From contig OZ024743.1 of assembly GCA_964016885.1 (NCBI GenBank), positions 282,100,001 through 282,164,000 of the forward strand: DNA of 64,000 nucleotides. The letters are read 5' to 3'. Origin of the DNA: Eledone cirrhosa. Its lineage: Eukaryota. The translations under genes were made by a program, and so were the position numbers. The notes under the pieces were generated by a model, which was not told the origin of the DNA, did no database searches, and saw nothing but the letters and a program-made list of their open reading frames with translations. Positions 61,560 to 64,000 of the stretch are shown piece after piece (positions within the stretch are counted from its first letter, which is position 1; every line of letters begins with the position of its first letter).

Positions 61560-62470
61560 TCCCTATCAATCCTCTCACTCTATTCATTACAACCAAACTC
61601 TCCCCCTCTCAACATCAACCATACAACATACTCTCTCAACCCCCCTCTTTATATTAATTAACACCAAACTCTCCCCCTCTTTATATCTACTACATGGTAC
61701 TCTCTTCCAAACCCCCTCTATATAAATTAATGCCATACTCTCCCCTTCTTTATATCTACTACACGGAACTCTCTTCCCCTCTCTGTATCAAGTAACACGA
61801 ACCACTTTAGAAGAAGGATCAGAATGGAGAGAGAGGTGCTCTACCCCAGCAAGTTTTATGAAAGATAGGTGAAAGTAGCGAGAATAGCCCGAGTGAATGG
61901 GCCTTCTCTCTATATCAGCCTGTAGGTGAGAGAGGAGAAGAATGAGAAGAGGAAGGAAGCACCCGCTCTTTGTGCTCCTGAAGAGGAGGGTTGCACATTT
62001 TTTCGGGGGTGTGTGCGACCCATGTCAACGCCCCTCCCTATTGAGGACATCGATTGTTAAATTTAATTTGTTATATGTTTTTTACACGTCTTTTTAAATG
62101 TATGTAAACTCCCCCCTTTGTATTTGTCCCAATCTTTGATGCCCTGGTGGCAAATAAATAGAAATATATATTAATTAACACCAAACTCTCCCCCTCTCTA
62201 TATCTACCATACAATACTCTCTCCCAATCCTCCTCTATATATCAATTATCACCAAACTCTCCCCCTCTCTATATCTACTACACGGAACTCTCTTACAATC
62301 CCCCTCTCTATATCTACCATACAACACTCTCTCTTTCATTCCCTCTCACTCTATCCATCACTACCAAACTCTCCCCCTCTATATATCTATCAATACCTAT
62401 CTCTATCAATCCTGTCACTCTATTCATTACCACCAAACTCTCTACATCTATATCTATCTCCCCCATCTTT
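61560..62470. repeat. C/T-rich minisatellite (ACCAAACTCTCCCCCTCT..TATCTAC units), part of an unclassified repeat also at ~57990-58538
   Basis: Repeated units. The downstream GCGCATATACAAATAGA..TTTGGTAGTTT at 62497-62552 matches the RTE-split site at 58520/60225. Confidence 0.6.
61800..62165 (+). mobile_element. Tx1/L1-like LINE 3' end inserted in the minisatellite
   Basis: Homologous to 383-510 (GAAGGATCAGAATGGAGAGAGAGGTGCT..CCGAGTGAATGGGCC..CCTGTAG) and to the 3' terminus at 930-960. Confidence 0.7.
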
Positions 62471-62599
62471 CTCTAAATAACATGTACAAAAATCGTGGCG
62501 CATATACAAATAGACACGTGTTTTTTTGGTAGTTTGTGAAGAAAAATATGATTATTAGCAGTGGGGTGCGTGAGTATATATATATATATATATATACTC

Positions 62600-64000
62600 A
62601 TTAAAACAGCAGAAGCCTCTACCGGTTAGATATAGTCAGTGTTTCCTCAACAAATCTCTGTGGCTCTGATATTGTAGATTTGGATGGGGGATGGAAACTC
62701 CACTATTCAGGTGTGGCACCAGAAATGACTGCACAGGCGGGAGTGGGGATACTCATAAGCCCCTGGCTGTCAGAATGTGGTATGGACTGGATCCCGTTAC
62801 GAGGGAAGATTTGCTTCTTGAATCTTAGGCTGAAAGATAGGTCTCTGTGGGTGGTGCAAGTTTATGCACCAAACAAGGAATCCGAATACAGCCCATTCCT
62901 TGACGAAGTCACTGCAGCGCTAGATATAGTTAAGACTGAGTCATATATCTTGATAGGAGATTTCAATGCACACGTTGGCACTGATCATCTGACATGGGAA
63001 GGAGTGATTGAAAGAAATGGCGACCTCGATCTAAATACGAATAGAGAGGCCTTACTAGACTTCTGTTCTAGCAATGGCTCTCTATTATGAACACCTTCTT
63101 CCAGCGCAGAATCATCCATAAATATACATGGTATAAGGGGAATATGGGACAGAGATCAATAATTGATTTTGTTATTGTCTCTGATCTCTTCGATTCTATG
63201 CTGGGTGTTCGTGTTAAGAGAGGGGCTGAGGTGTCACCCCCTCCCCCAATCTAGCTACCTGCAACTTGAGACTAACTAAAGCTAAAGAAGCCCACAAAAC
63301 TGGCTAATCCAGGGTGACCTACAGGATAAAGAGGAAAGTATTGATGGATAATGATGAAGTCAGGACCAGGTATGCAAATACTATTGCATCCAAATTCAGA
63401 GAACTCCCTGAACAAACTGAGAACGTTGAGACAGTGTGAAGATTGTTCAGTGCAGCAGTTTCTGCTTTAGCTGTTAAATGCTGCAGGCGAAAGAGGCTTG
63501 GTGTGGCACCGGATGGCAGGAGGGCCCCTTTTTTCAATCAAGAGGTCAAAGATGCAATCCGAGCAAAGAAGGCTTACAAAGCTTGGCTTGGAAATAATTC
63601 CTCCTTCTTGCATTTGCGGTACAATCAGGCACGAAGAATCGCAGCAGAGACAGTAAAGGCATCCAAAGTTAAAATATGGGAGGACTTTGGAGAAAATGAA
63701 ATCCGGCCCGAGATGTTAAAAGCCTTAACTAGAGAAGGTATTCTCTGGTTGACTCGTGTGTGCCGGGTGGCCTTGATCTCTGGAAAAGAACCTAAACAAT
63801 GGCAAGCGGGAATGATAATCCCAATTTTTACTTAACTTGACAGAAGATGATCTCTGACTTGCACTTGATAGGTTTGATGCCGAGTGCTGCATGGCTGGAA
63901 TGAAAATCGGTGCGACAAAAACTGAGACGCTCGTCCCCTCAATGAAGCCTGCACAGTGCACTCTACATGTAAATGAAGTTTCATTGAAGCAGGTAGATAA
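62600..64000 (+). mobile_element. Decayed RTE (Rex3/Expander-like) LINE: endonuclease plus deleted RT, runs off the window
   Basis: WKLHYSGV..AGVGIL, VQVYAPN, IGDFNAHVG, EIRPEMLKAL and ECCMAGMKIGATKTE motifs. Confidence 0.85.

Overview
Gene-free eukaryotic DNA made almost entirely of nested retroelements separated by long (TA)n microsatellites. The SINE and RTE families suggest a cephalopod such as Octopus (inference). It holds about 15 RTE-clade LINE copies or fragments; those spanning the region carry a PHD-like C4HC3 finger inside the RT. There are five Penelope-like elements (PLEs, Naiad-type RT plus C-terminal GIY-YIG), CR1, Tx1/L1 and R4/Dong fragments, tRNA-derived SINEs, a hAT-type MITE and a young non-autonomous Gypsy-type LTR element (tRNA-Trp PBS, 367-bp LTRs, GGTC TSD). 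Reading both strands by eye shows about 16 type-I hammerhead ribozyme (HHR) motifs from about 12 sequence families. Four families use a compensated U3-A8 core (UUGANAA) instead of CUGANGA. Many HHRs sit in short ORF-less fold-back or tandem elements embedded in (TA)n. Two full-length PLEs are unit-length, circularly permuted copies whose ends overlap just downstream of the HHR. Most short ORFs in the supplied track are microsatellite or antisense artefacts. All folds were made by hand and none was tested.
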